Shown here one piece after another: positions 20,199 to 30,068 of a stretch of 64,000 nucleotides of DNA (the stretch's first letter is position 1; every line of letters starts with the position of its first letter). Made by a program: the position numbers and the translations under genes. Location: the NCBI GenBank assembly GCA_018664485.1, contig JABJOE010000007.1:132353-196352 (forward strand), given 5' to 3'. Below the pieces are notes generated by a model. That model was not told the origin of the DNA and searched no databases. It was given only the letters and a program-made list of their open reading frames with translations. This DNA is from Candidatus Uhrbacteria bacterium. GTDB taxonomy: Bacteria > Patescibacteriota > Patescibacteriia > UBA9934.

Positions 20199-21314
20199 AT
20201 GAAAGTCGCACTTATTCACGACCATCTCATCCAAAGCGGTGGAGCCGAACGGGTTCTTGAGGCTATGCAGGATATTTGGCCGGATGCTCCAACGTTTACG
20301 CTGCTATACGATCCTAATCGTATGGACGGCACTTTTGGACATCGCGACATTCGAACATCGTTTTTACAAAAACTCCCGGGCGCTACATCTGCACCCCGAT
20401 GGCTCCTACCTCTCATGCCAATGGCGACTGAGAGTTATGACCTTTCTGGATTTGATGTCATCGTGTCGTCAACCAGCGCATTTTCAAAGGGCATTATTCC
20501 ACCACAAGATGCAATCCATATTTGCTACTGTCACACGCCAACGCGATACCTTTGGTCTGACACCCACAGTTACGTCGAGAGCTTAAAAGTTCCCACCCCG
20601 ATCAAGTACGCACTTCGACCACTACTTACAAAACTTCGAACATGGGATCGCCTGGCTGCAGATCGCGTAGACCATTTCATTGCAAACAGCCAAACTGTCT
20701 CAAGCAGAATCGATCGCTACTACGATAAAGACAGCGACATCATTTTTCCACCGGTAGATATCGATCAATTTTCTATCTCAGATCGTCCAAAAGAGTACTA
20801 CCTAATCGGTGGACGGCTAGTGGACTACAAACGATACGACTTAGTCGTGGATGCTTTCACAAAACTTGGCTTACCTCTTAAAATATTTGGATCTGGTCCA
20901 ATTGAGGAAGACCTTCGTGCACGTGCTGGAAAAAATATTCAATTCCTAGGACGAGTTTCAAACGAAGAACGTGCTCACTTATTCTCAAACGCAATCGCTT
21001 TCCTGCACCCACAGGAAGAGGACTTTGGAATCACGCCAGTTGAATCCATGGCTGCAGGCCGACCTGTAATCGCATATCGAAAAGGTGGAGCCCTTGAAAC
21101 TGTAATCGAAGGCAAGACAGGTACATTCTTTGATTACCAAGAATGGGAAGAGATAGCCGACACGGTTATGCGTTTTAAACACGAAGAATTTGACCCGCAA
21201 GCAATCCGAGAACACGCCAAACAATTCTCAGTAGAGAAATTTCACAATAATCTTCGATCTTTCGTTGATAACACCTGGAAAGACCATCGTCAAAAGCATT
21301 TAGGACTTTTATGA
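20199..21314 (+). CDS. glycosyltransferase family 4 (WbaZ-like)
   Basis: MKVALIHDHL..GGAERVL, CYCHTPTRYLW, EEDFGITPVESMAAGRPV. Confidence 0.92.
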   Translation: MKVALIHDHLIQSGGAERVLEAMQDIWPDAPTFTLLYDPNRMDGTFGHRDIRTSFLQKLPGATSAPRWLLPLMPMATESYDLSGFDVIVSSTSAFSKGIIPPQDAIHICYCHTPTRYLWSDTHSYVESLKVPTPIKYALRPLLTKLRTWDRLAADRVDHFIANSQTVSSRIDRYYDKDSDIIFPPVDIDQFSISDRPKEYYLIGGRLVDYKRYDLVVDAFTKLGLPLKIFGSGPIEEDLRARAGKNIQFLGRVSNEERAHLFSNAIAFLHPQEEDFGITPVESMAAGRPVIAYRKGGALETVIEGKTGTFFDYQEWEEIADTVMRFKHEEFDPQAIREHAKQFSVEKFHNNLRSFVDNTWKDHRQKHLGLL

Positions 21315-22399
21315 AGATCGCGATAGACATACGACATCTCGGCGCACCGCATCAAGCTGGGGTCGGAAAATATACGCTCAAACTAATTTCTGAGTTAGCT
21401 CAATTGGCACCCGATGACCAATTTTTTCTATTTGCATCTGGTAGACCGCAAACACTAGCCTATCTACCAAAGTTCACAGCACCAAATATTACTGTGATCG
21501 AAAAAAATATTCCAAATCGATTACTGTTTCTACTATTTCTTTTAAAAATCAAAACAATCGAGTCTCTTCTTCCTGAGCAACCAGATATCTGGCTATTTCC
21601 AAATCATAATATTATACACACCAAAATTCCCTACGCACTCACTGTGCACGACATTAGCTTTGATATTTTTCCTGCTTTTTTCACGCTTAAAGACCGGCTG
21701 AGGTACAAACTTGGAAGAGCAAAAGAATTCACACAAAAAGCAAAACATATCTTTGCAGTATCGGAGTCAACAAGGCGTGACCTGATTGACCGTTGGAATA
21801 TCGATCCTTCCAAAGTAACCGCAACCCCTCTTGGCGTTGATTCCAAATACAATGGGAAAGAATTGCCTTCGGACAGCTCTTATCTCTCACTGCATAAGAT
21901 TCGAGGCGAATATCTACTATGCCTTTGTACCCGAGAGCCTCGCAAGAATCTCGAAGCGGTTATCGAGGCTTATGCCAGTTGTGACAACCTTCCAAATCTA
22001 GTAATTGCCGGAGGTCGTGGCTGGAAATCTAAAACCTTGGACGAAGTTATCAAGAAATCTGGGGTGAAACATCGAATTCAAGTAATCGGATACGTACCCG
22101 AAAAACATAAACCAGCGCTATACCGTCATGCAAAAGCTTTTCTCTTCCCATCGTTTTATGAAGGCTTCGGACTTCCCGCCGCCGAGGCAATTGCGTGTGG
22201 CACGCCAGTTATTGCGAGCTCAACAGGTTCACTGCCTGAGATAGTCTCCAAAAATGCCATACTAGTAGATCCGTTTAATGTGACCGACCTGGTACAGGCG
22301 CTGAAGATGGTGAATGAAAAAAAGACTCAAGATAAACCCGAGCATTCCTGGAGCGACACCGCAAAACGCACATACGAAATTTTGAAAAATCTTTCATAG
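21311..22399 (+). CDS. glycosyltransferase family 4
   Basis: EPRKNL, FPSFYEGFGLPAAEAIACGTPV. Confidence 0.92.
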   Translation: MKIAIDIRHLGAPHQAGVGKYTLKLISELAQLAPDDQFFLFASGRPQTLAYLPKFTAPNITVIEKNIPNRLLFLLFLLKIKTIESLLPEQPDIWLFPNHNIIHTKIPYALTVHDISFDIFPAFFTLKDRLRYKLGRAKEFTQKAKHIFAVSESTRRDLIDRWNIDPSKVTATPLGVDSKYNGKELPSDSSYLSLHKIRGEYLLCLCTREPRKNLEAVIEAYASCDNLPNLVIAGGRGWKSKTLDEVIKKSGVKHRIQVIGYVPEKHKPALYRHAKAFLFPSFYEGFGLPAAEAIACGTPVIASSTGSLPEIVSKNAILVDPFNVTDLVQALKMVNEKKTQDKPEHSWSDTAKRTYEILKNLS

Positions 22400-22521
22400 G
22401 CCATCGGATCAAGACATAGACTCTAGAAGAGTGAATACGCAACCCGGTTGCGTATTTTGCTATATGGGCACAAAGCACATTGGACCGGCTCCCAAAAAGG
22501 GGCCGGTCCACGACGCTGCTC

Positions 22522-22893
22522 TCACGAGTTCTCCAATTTTACACTCTTGATGTCCATACGGTGTCTAGAAGCCCACTCAGTGACTACGACTACACCTACT
22601 CCCTTGATAGAGATCCGCCCATTGCAGAGCTTCACAAGCCACGCGTTTACAGTGTAGCGCTTGCCATCAAATTCAAATGACGTCATGTATACAGCGATGT
22701 TAGCCACACACTGAGGCTCGCCACCATATGTAGTAAGACATGCAATCACAGAGCCGACGCTGTGACCAATATTCTTCACCTGCACCACCTTGCCCGACGG
22801 CAACCCTACAAGGAATACCGGGACTGTCGTTCTGTCTGGTACAAAGTTGTACCGGATTCCTTCGAATGAAAGTTTATACACTCCTACTTCCAT
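22522..22893 (-). CDS. orphan hypothetical protein
   Basis: About 123-aa ORF with a strong GGAGGTGA SD; GGACCGGC/GCCGGTCC hairpin downstream. Confidence 0.65.
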   Translation of the reverse strand: MEVGVYKLSFEGIRYNFVPDRTTVPVFLVGLPSGKVVQVKNIGHSVGSVIACLTTYGGEPQCVANIAVYMTSFEFDGKRYTVNAWLVKLCNGRISIKGVGVVVVTEWASRHRMDIKSVKLENS

Positions 22894-23114
22894 CAATCAC
22901 CTCCCGAGATGTTTTAGCATACATAAATTAAACAAGGAAGCCCGCTCTTAGCACATCTCAAATCCCGCAAAACTTTTTTAAGAATCACACCCTCCATGCA
23001 TTATCGTGTAACTAAATTGTTCACCTGATTTTTCACTGTACACAAAAGATAACGTTATCCACTTTTCGCATATTTTAGCTAAAAAACAACTACCCTGCGT
23101 GGTATAATGTGTGC

Positions 23115-24248
23115 ATGAGGATTGGTATCGATGCACGATTTTACGGTCCACGTTTTGGAGGTGGCGGCCTTGGTCGTTACGTCTCCGAATTAGTGACTCA
23201 TCTTCAGCTCATCGATACAGACAATGAATACGTTTTGTTCTTGCGAAAAGAAAACTTTCACGAGTGTGAAATTGTAAATCCTCGCTTCTCAAAACGACTG
23301 GTAGATATACCCTGGTACACAGTTCAAGAGCAACGACAAATGCCTGGCCACGTACGCCGAGCACGAGTCGATGTCATGCACTATCCTCACTGGAACATCC
23401 CGGTGTTTAGCAAAACTCCGTTCATTGTAACGATCCACGATCTCATTCTCCTACAAGATAAGGCGAGCGCAAGGAGCTCAACGCGACATCCGCTGATACA
23501 CGGTTTCAAATATGCAGGCTTTAGAACGGTTCTGGAAAATGCGATCCACCGATCAAAACACATCATCTCAGTTTCACAATATACAAAAGACACAATCCTA
23601 GACCACTTCGGACTTCACTCAGACAAAATCACAGTCGTTCCAAATGGAGTGATCCCGCAACGTGAATCTCGAGGGGTGAACCTAACAGCACTTGGTGTTT
23701 ATCAGCCATACTTCCTGTACGTCGGTAATGCATACCCGCACAAGAACCTCGAGATGATGATGCATGCATTTGCGCAGTTCCACCCACATCACCCACATGT
23801 ACAACTCGTAATTGCAGGCCGTCGTGACCTTTTCTCGCATAATCTTGAAAAAGAAGCTTCTGAGTTAGGTCTTGCACCCGGAGCCGTACGATTCGTTGAT
23901 CTACCAACCGATGAAGAGGTCGCCGCATTATACAAAAACGCTGCCCTATTCATCTTCCCATCGCGCATTGAAGGATTTGGAATCCCTCCGCTGGAAGCTC
24001 TCTCATACGGAACACCAGTAGCTGCGGCACATAGCGCATCTCTACCTGAAGTATTACGCGACGGTGCTCGATACTTCGATCCAGATGATATCGAAAAGTT
24101 AACGCTCCTAATGCGTGATGCCACAGAAGCACCTCATCGATTTGATGACTCGATCCATGCCGGAAAAAGCCAGGTAGATCGCTTTACATGGATGAAAAGT
24201 GCCAAACAAACTCTAAAAGTTTACAACGAGCTAAGTTTGCTCGATTAG
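23115..24248 (+). CDS. glycosyltransferase family 4
   Basis: MRIGIDAR, YVGNAYPHKNL, FPSRIEGFGIPPLEA. Confidence 0.92.
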   Translation: MRIGIDARFYGPRFGGGGLGRYVSELVTHLQLIDTDNEYVLFLRKENFHECEIVNPRFSKRLVDIPWYTVQEQRQMPGHVRRARVDVMHYPHWNIPVFSKTPFIVTIHDLILLQDKASARSSTRHPLIHGFKYAGFRTVLENAIHRSKHIISVSQYTKDTILDHFGLHSDKITVVPNGVIPQRESRGVNLTALGVYQPYFLYVGNAYPHKNLEMMMHAFAQFHPHHPHVQLVIAGRRDLFSHNLEKEASELGLAPGAVRFVDLPTDEEVAALYKNAALFIFPSRIEGFGIPPLEALSYGTPVAAAHSASLPEVLRDGARYFDPDDIEKLTLLMRDATEAPHRFDDSIHAGKSQVDRFTWMKSAKQTLKVYNELSLLD

Positions 24249-24277
24249 TAATCACCCCGTAATCACCCGGAAGTCCC

Positions 24278-26917
24278 ATGCCTTCTTCCTCAAAAAAACG
24301 TAACACCTCCCGCTTGTCATCACGAGCTTCAAAGGGAAAGAAAAAAACTGATACACAAAAAGTATCAATGCTTTATGATGCGTCATTGCCAATTAGCCTC
24401 AAAAAGAAAGGCGTTGAGACGTCAAAAGGCTTTTCAATAAAACCTCGCACGCATCAAGCGAGCCCATCACCTTACATCGTGCATCTGTCGCACGAGAAAG
24501 AAGTTGCCAAGCCGGTTTCTGCAGCGCAACGCATCGATCAGCTAGCTAAAGAACTAGTTATTGACCACGCATACGAAGAAACAGTGTCTGAGGATGAGGT
24601 AAACGAGTCTTTAACAATAACCCTAGACGATTTATCAGCACAGCTGCGTGAACCGGAAGTGAACATCAGTTCAAGCTCACTTAAGATCGAGCGAGCTGTA
24701 ATTGAGCATGCTGTTATCGAGCCATCACGCGCGCCAGTGCAAGCAGTACAGCCAATTATCTTATTTGAGCAGGAAAATGTTATAGCACCTGTTGATGAGG
24801 TCATAATTATCCAAGAGGTCGAAGAAGAGCGAACGAAGGAACCGATTCGTCTTCGTCTTCCAACCATTTCATTACCAAGTTTTCAAAACATAGCAGCACG
24901 CCTTCCAGGATTACTACCAACGCAGGTTCGTCACAGAGCGATCGCATCATTCGTTGTACTTTCGATGGTTGCAGTCCTCCCTCTTCACGCCATGCAGTCA
25001 ATCGTGAACGTAACGGACACAAAAGACGACATCACTTCAATCGGAACACAAGCAATCGATGAGCTGAGCCGTGGAGCACATGCAGTTGAAGCGCAACGAT
25101 ACGATGTAGCACAGTCAGACTTTACGCGTGCCGGAGAACGATTCGCTGAAGCTCAGGATTCTCTACAAGACATGCATCTCGCTGTATCTGCACTAGTTAA
25201 CCTCATCCCACAGACCGACAGAACGTACGAAACAGTGCGTGGACTTGTGGTTGCAGGAAAAGAACTATCGACTGCAGCTTCCCTCTTCGCACAAGCGGCG
25301 GATGACCTAGCAAACAAAGATAGCATCACACTCACAAGTAAAATCAATCTACTTTCAGCGTACATCGCATCAGTACAACCGCATGTTCAGCTAGCACGAG
25401 AAGCGCTTGAAAATGTTGATCCAACTCTAGTGCCAGATGATCAACAAGAGCGAGTAACGGAGCTACTCCTCACCGTCCCGCAGCTCGAAGAGTCTGTTAA
25501 AGAATTTCTTACATTCTCAGAAACTTTGGTTCTCATCCTCGGTGATGAACAAAAAATGCGATACCTTGTAAGTTTCCAAAATAACACCGAGCTTCGTGCT
25601 ACTGGAGGATTTACTGGTAGTTTTGCAGAAATGGACCTCCTAAACGGAGAAGTAGAGAGCGTTTACATCCCAGAGGGTGGAACATACGATCTTCAAGGTC
25701 AGCTATCAAGTTTCGTTGAACCACCACAGCCACTCAGCTTACTTAACAGTCGCTGGGAATTTCACGACGCAAACTGGTTCCCTGACTTTGGAGCTTCTGC
25801 TTCTAAAATGATCGACCTCTATACTGATGCCGGAGGACCAACGGTTGATGGAATGGTCGCAGTAAATGCAACTCTACTACCTAAACTCCTTGAAATCACC
25901 GGGCCGATCGAGATGCCGGAGTATGGGCGCACAATCGATGCGGAGAACTTCCTATTTGAAACTCAAAAGATCGTCGAATACGAATACGAGCAGTATCAAG
26001 GCGTTGATGGACGTGAGGAAGATGCTCCAAAACAGTTTATTGGAGACCTTGCTCCAAAAGTTCTCGAGCTACTAGCGCAAGGTGACATGGAGACGCTACT
26101 TTCTGTCGCAGACGTGCTTGGGTCAGCACTCAACGAAAAAGATATCCAAGTCTATTTCCAAGACAACGACATCCAACGTGAAATCGAAGCATTGGGTTGG
26201 TCTGGATCAATGAAGCAAACTTCCGGCGACTATCTCATGGTAGTAAATACAAATTTGGGAGGTGGAAAGACAGACTCTGTCATCGGTCAAGACATCATCG
26301 TAGATATCGATATCACAGAAGCTGGTGAAATCATCAATACAGTTACTATTACAAAAGAACATCACGGTCTGCGCGATGCAATCTTCGAGGGAGCAAACAA
26401 CGTAGACTATCTCCGGCTCTATGTTCCAAACGGTAGCGAGCTTATTGAAGCTAGCGGATTCGAAGTACCTCCGTCCGACCTATTTGAAACTTCAGAATTT
26501 CTCCTAAACCAAGACGAGGACCTTGAACTTATGACGGCGGGCTTCTGGCATGATCCAGAATACGACGTTGATGTTTGGCAAGAGTCTGGAAAGACTGTAT
26601 TTGGATCTTGGATGCAAACAGCACCTGGCGAGATCGAAACCGTAACGTTCCGATACAAACTTCCATGGACAGTAGATCTATCTTCGCCAAACGACCTTCT
26701 ATCAGCCGCAAAAGAACGACTTGGTCTACGTGACCTTGAGAGCTACAGCCTACTGCTACAAAAACAATCCGGAGTAGAAACTCGCAATACATCAGTATTC
26801 CTACACCTTCCAGAATCAATGAACCTTCTGTGGAGCTCACACGAAGGACTGCGTACCGATGGCGTTGATCTTACAAACAAACAGGACGTATTCGTGCATT
26901 TCCTGATGGAACGATAA
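24278..26917 (+). CDS. DUF4012 domain protein
   Basis: YLVSFQNNTELRATGGFTGSF, DANWFPDF, NTNLGGGKTD. Confidence 0.85.
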   Translation: MPSSSKKRNTSRLSSRASKGKKKTDTQKVSMLYDASLPISLKKKGVETSKGFSIKPRTHQASPSPYIVHLSHEKEVAKPVSAAQRIDQLAKELVIDHAYEETVSEDEVNESLTITLDDLSAQLREPEVNISSSSLKIERAVIEHAVIEPSRAPVQAVQPIILFEQENVIAPVDEVIIIQEVEEERTKEPIRLRLPTISLPSFQNIAARLPGLLPTQVRHRAIASFVVLSMVAVLPLHAMQSIVNVTDTKDDITSIGTQAIDELSRGAHAVEAQRYDVAQSDFTRAGERFAEAQDSLQDMHLAVSALVNLIPQTDRTYETVRGLVVAGKELSTAASLFAQAADDLANKDSITLTSKINLLSAYIASVQPHVQLAREALENVDPTLVPDDQQERVTELLLTVPQLEESVKEFLTFSETLVLILGDEQKMRYLVSFQNNTELRATGGFTGSFAEMDLLNGEVESVYIPEGGTYDLQGQLSSFVEPPQPLSLLNSRWEFHDANWFPDFGASASKMIDLYTDAGGPTVDGMVAVNATLLPKLLEITGPIEMPEYGRTIDAENFLFETQKIVEYEYEQYQGVDGREEDAPKQFIGDLAPKVLELLAQGDMETLLSVADVLGSALNEKDIQVYFQDNDIQREIEALGWSGSMKQTSGDYLMVVNTNLGGGKTDSVIGQDIIVDIDITEAGEIINTVTITKEHHGLRDAIFEGANNVDYLRLYVPNGSELIEASGFEVPPSDLFETSEFLLNQDEDLELMTAGFWHDPEYDVDVWQESGKTVFGSWMQTAPGEIETVTFRYKLPWTVDLSSPNDLLSAAKERLGLRDLESYSLLLQKQSGVETRNTSVFLHLPESMNLLWSSHEGLRTDGVDLTNKQDVFVHFLMER

Positions 26918-27015
26918 GGAAACGGGCGTAGATGCAACAGATACTTATCATCCGATGAATGCGCAACACCAATCAAACCGAAAGCAGCTTCAAATGTGCA
27001 ACTTTCCAAAAAAAT

Positions 27016-28857
27016 ATGACACATAAAAAAACGTCCCACCGTAAACGTGCACACAAGAAAAAGCCTTCACGAGAAGAAGAGCAAGAGCTCCTCATGGAAG
27101 AAGGTCTTGAAGCTATTTATGGAAAGAAGGAGGACATCGACTTTTCAAAACTCGACCACGATCAGGATCGTTTAACTAAACTCCTGATTCGTTTAGTTGT
27201 CGGTCTGGGTCTAGTAGCTACTATGGCTTGGAGCGGCTTTTTTGTCTTCATGAACTATGTAAACCCGCCACGAGATGAAACATTCACTCTGGAAATCTTG
27301 ATGGATGAAACTTTGGTTAGCGGAGAGGCTACAACGATTGAAATACTTTACACAAATCCAACCACCGTCCCTATCGCTGCCCTCTCGATCGACGTGAACC
27401 TTCCATCTTCCTTTGTAATAAGCCAAACCAATCAGCCACCGACAGATACGGATCAACTCATTTGGGATCTTGGAGAACTGACTGGCTTAAGTGACAATCA
27501 TATCGTAATTGAAGGAACTTGGTTTGCAGACACGCCGTCTGAAACACCCATACAGGCCTACGCGACCTACCGACCAGGTAATTTCAACTCTGAGTTTGAA
27601 GAGATTGCTGTAGCATATGTGACCAGCCTTTCAAGTGTCTTGGAGCTAAGTGTAGACGGTCCTGAGGAGCTTGCTCCTGGTGAAACTGGTGCCTACGCAA
27701 TTACATTGATAAACAATGGTGAATTGGCATACGAAGAAGTGGATATTTCGTTAGATTTGCCCGATGGTTTTTATCTTGAAAGTAGTGAACCTGAGCTTGA
27801 AGCCGGCTCACCTGCAAACTGGACAATTGAAACAATTGACCCCGAACTCGAAACGACTATTCTCTTTGAAGGTTCCTTTGCGGCCGACATCGAAGGTTTC
27901 CAATACTTTGATACCTTGGCCTACATGCAAATTGATGGACGTGAGCTTTTGCAAACGCAAGTACAGAACTATACAGACGTATTACGGAGTGATGTTTCCG
28001 TATCCCTCGCAGCCAATGGTGCGACAGACACCGTAGCACTCGATCAAGACGGCACATTACGCGTCAGTTTAGGTCTTGAGCAGTCAGGAAGCGAGGATCT
28101 AGAAGACTATTCCGTCCTATTGAGTTTTGAAAGTGAAGACAGCTTCCCAATTAACTGGAGCAGCTCACAGCTAGACGGAGGTACGCTTACACAAGACGGA
28201 ATCGCGTGGAGCGCTGAGGACATTGGAGCGATGGCGTCGGGTGTAAAAGAACTTCTCAACCTCTCATTCCCTATTGAAGCTATCGGATCTGGAGATGCTG
28301 ATCAATTTGAAATAACCGCACTCTTTACAACGGCTGACGGTACAGTTCGTTCGTCACCAATCACCGTATCGATAAACTCAGAGGCAGAACTCGCGACATC
28401 TGTTCGTTACTTCAACGAAGAGGGGCAAGCACTTGGATCTGGACCAATCCCTCCAGTCATCGATGAGGAAACAAGTTACCGGGTGTACTGGGTTTTGGAA
28501 AACGACCTACACACCCTCAAAGATATTCGCGTGAGCGCTACCCTACCACCACATGTAACGTGGTCTGATAAAGTAAATACTGATCTGGGTGATATAACCT
28601 TCGACAGCGGAAGTAGTACAGTGAGCTGGACTGTCGCAGAGCTCTCAACTGCAATCAGTCATCTGGAAGGCTACTTCACCATCTCTATCACACCGGACGT
28701 GGACGATATCGGATCTTTTGTAAAATTAACCTCGAGCACGGATTTGCTTGCGACAGACACAGTAACTGGTACACAGCTTCACCGGGCACAGGACAATCTC
28801 ACTACCGAGGCGCCTGATGATGAGTTTGCAAGCGGGCAAGGAATTGTTGTAGAGTAG
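27016..28857 (+). CDS. membrane-anchored Ig-like (DUF11-like) surface protein
   Basis: Single TM followed by acidic beta-sandwich-like repeats; GSGPIPP....TSYRVYW motif of a conserved CPR family. Confidence 0.7.
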   Translation: MTHKKTSHRKRAHKKKPSREEEQELLMEEGLEAIYGKKEDIDFSKLDHDQDRLTKLLIRLVVGLGLVATMAWSGFFVFMNYVNPPRDETFTLEILMDETLVSGEATTIEILYTNPTTVPIAALSIDVNLPSSFVISQTNQPPTDTDQLIWDLGELTGLSDNHIVIEGTWFADTPSETPIQAYATYRPGNFNSEFEEIAVAYVTSLSSVLELSVDGPEELAPGETGAYAITLINNGELAYEEVDISLDLPDGFYLESSEPELEAGSPANWTIETIDPELETTILFEGSFAADIEGFQYFDTLAYMQIDGRELLQTQVQNYTDVLRSDVSVSLAANGATDTVALDQDGTLRVSLGLEQSGSEDLEDYSVLLSFESEDSFPINWSSSQLDGGTLTQDGIAWSAEDIGAMASGVKELLNLSFPIEAIGSGDADQFEITALFTTADGTVRSSPITVSINSEAELATSVRYFNEEGQALGSGPIPPVIDEETSYRVYWVLENDLHTLKDIRVSATLPPHVTWSDKVNTDLGDITFDSGSSTVSWTVAELSTAISHLEGYFTISITPDVDDIGSFVKLTSSTDLLATDTVTGTQLHRAQDNLTTEAPDDEFASGQGIVVE

Positions 28858-28858
28858 T

Positions 28859-29019
28859 AGACTCCTGTAACAGCCATTGTCCTGACTTCATTCGCTGTCT
28901 GTTGGGCTACAACAAGCTCCAACCTCGTTAGCGTAGCCCTGCTATGCTTCCTTGATTGTCATTTGTTTCGCCACAACATCCACTCGAATGAATCTAGAAC
29001 ATGACCGTCACAGGAGTCT
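28859..29019 (-). repeat. long intergenic hairpin, AGGA/AACGA family (core on the minus strand)
   Basis: AGACTCCTGT...ACAGGAGTCT arms; minus-strand core AAGGAAGCATAGC-AGG-GCTACGCTAACGA at 28921-28957. Confidence 0.65.
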
Positions 29020-29192
29020 TTCGCTTTCAATTTTCAGATACAAACCAATACACAGTTTTATAATAATCAATAGACACTCGCAACCTCACACTCTTTTTAA
29101 TCGATAAGCTGCGGAGCGTTTTCTTTTACAGGGAGAGTAGATCTGGTATGCTATTTACGCCATTTGGCATCAACCTGATACCCGGAAACATC

Positions 29193-29324
29193 GTGAACAA
29201 CATCATTGCAGGCGGCGGATACGGCTATGTCGTCACAGACGGAGGCAGCCTCGGCGTCAAGAACGGAAGTACCCTCGTGACCATTGGCGGCCACGGTCAG
29301 TCACCCCAGCTCATGGAGAAGTGA
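29193..29324 (+). CDS. 43-aa microprotein (Gly-rich)
   Basis: GTG...TGA, MNNIIAGGGYGYVVTDGGSLGVKNGSTLVTIGGHGQSPQLMEK; promoter TTTACA-16-TATGCT at 29125-29152; hairpin at 29365-29389. Confidence 0.55.
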   Translation: MNNIIAGGGYGYVVTDGGSLGVKNGSTLVTIGGHGQSPQLMEK

Positions 29325-29480
29325 CCGTCACCTCCACCGCGTAGCGTCAACTCTCGGCGCCTTGGACCGGTCAGCTCTGCTGGCCGGTTCCTTCGTTTTC
29401 ACGCCACAATACCCTTTACATAATAGACCTTTCTGCTATGCTAATCAGGCTCATCTCCGAGCTCCAGCAAGAAGGTACCC

Positions 29481-29615
29481 ATGAACTACGAACTCATCTC
29501 CGGCGAACTCCAAGGAGCACCACCCGACGGCGTGCGTGTCCCTGTCGGTGGTGGCCGAAAACGCTCACTCTCCATCGTGCATCGCGGCGAAAACGGCATC
29601 GTCTCGACCGTCTGA
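29481..29615 (+). CDS. 44-aa microprotein
   Basis: MNYELISGELQGAPPDGVRVPVGGGRKRSLSIVHRGENGIVSTV; GAAGG SD; promoter TTTACA-16-TATGCT at 29415-29442; hairpin at about 29678-29701. Confidence 0.6.
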   Translation: MNYELISGELQGAPPDGVRVPVGGGRKRSLSIVHRGENGIVSTV

Positions 29616-29812
29616 TGGATACCTCCATCGACGAGAGCGCGTGCGTCTAGGTGGCCTGAAGTCACCAATACGCTTCTGATCCGGCCCCTTGTGGCCGGAT
29701 CTTTGCATTGTGGATATTTATTGTATTCACCTCTCAATCATGCTATCGTATATTAGAACTTTGACTTGTCATCCAGACACTTCGGGTTCGTGCTCCACGC
29801 TTTGGACACATC

Positions 29813-29944
29813 ATGGAACAGCCGCTGACCGCCATCCCACCCGCCGCCGCTTTCGACCACACCGCCGACCATGCCGACTGCGACGCCGCGGACACCGTGC
29901 ACACCGCCTACACCGACGTCAACAACGAAGCCGCCGCTGGCTGA
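29813..29944 (+). CDS. 43-aa microprotein (Ala/Asp/His-rich)
   Basis: MEQPLTAIPPAAAFDHTADHADCDAADTVHTAYTDVNNEAAAG; strong C-ending codon bias; perfect hairpin at 29981-30008. Confidence 0.55.
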   Translation: MEQPLTAIPPAAAFDHTADHADCDAADTVHTAYTDVNNEAAAG

Positions 29945-30068
29945 GACCGCGCAAGACGCGCAGTCTGAGTCAGTGAGTCTGGGCGCGATCGGAACTCCGA
30001 TCGCGCCCGCTTGCTTTATACAAAAACACCTGGATAAACCAGGCGTCTTTTTTATTACAAATTTATTA

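Noticed and set aside
23010-23065. DnaA-box cluster / oriC
   Set aside because: Only one near-match (TTATCCACT) plus weak others, with no dnaA or dnaN nearby.
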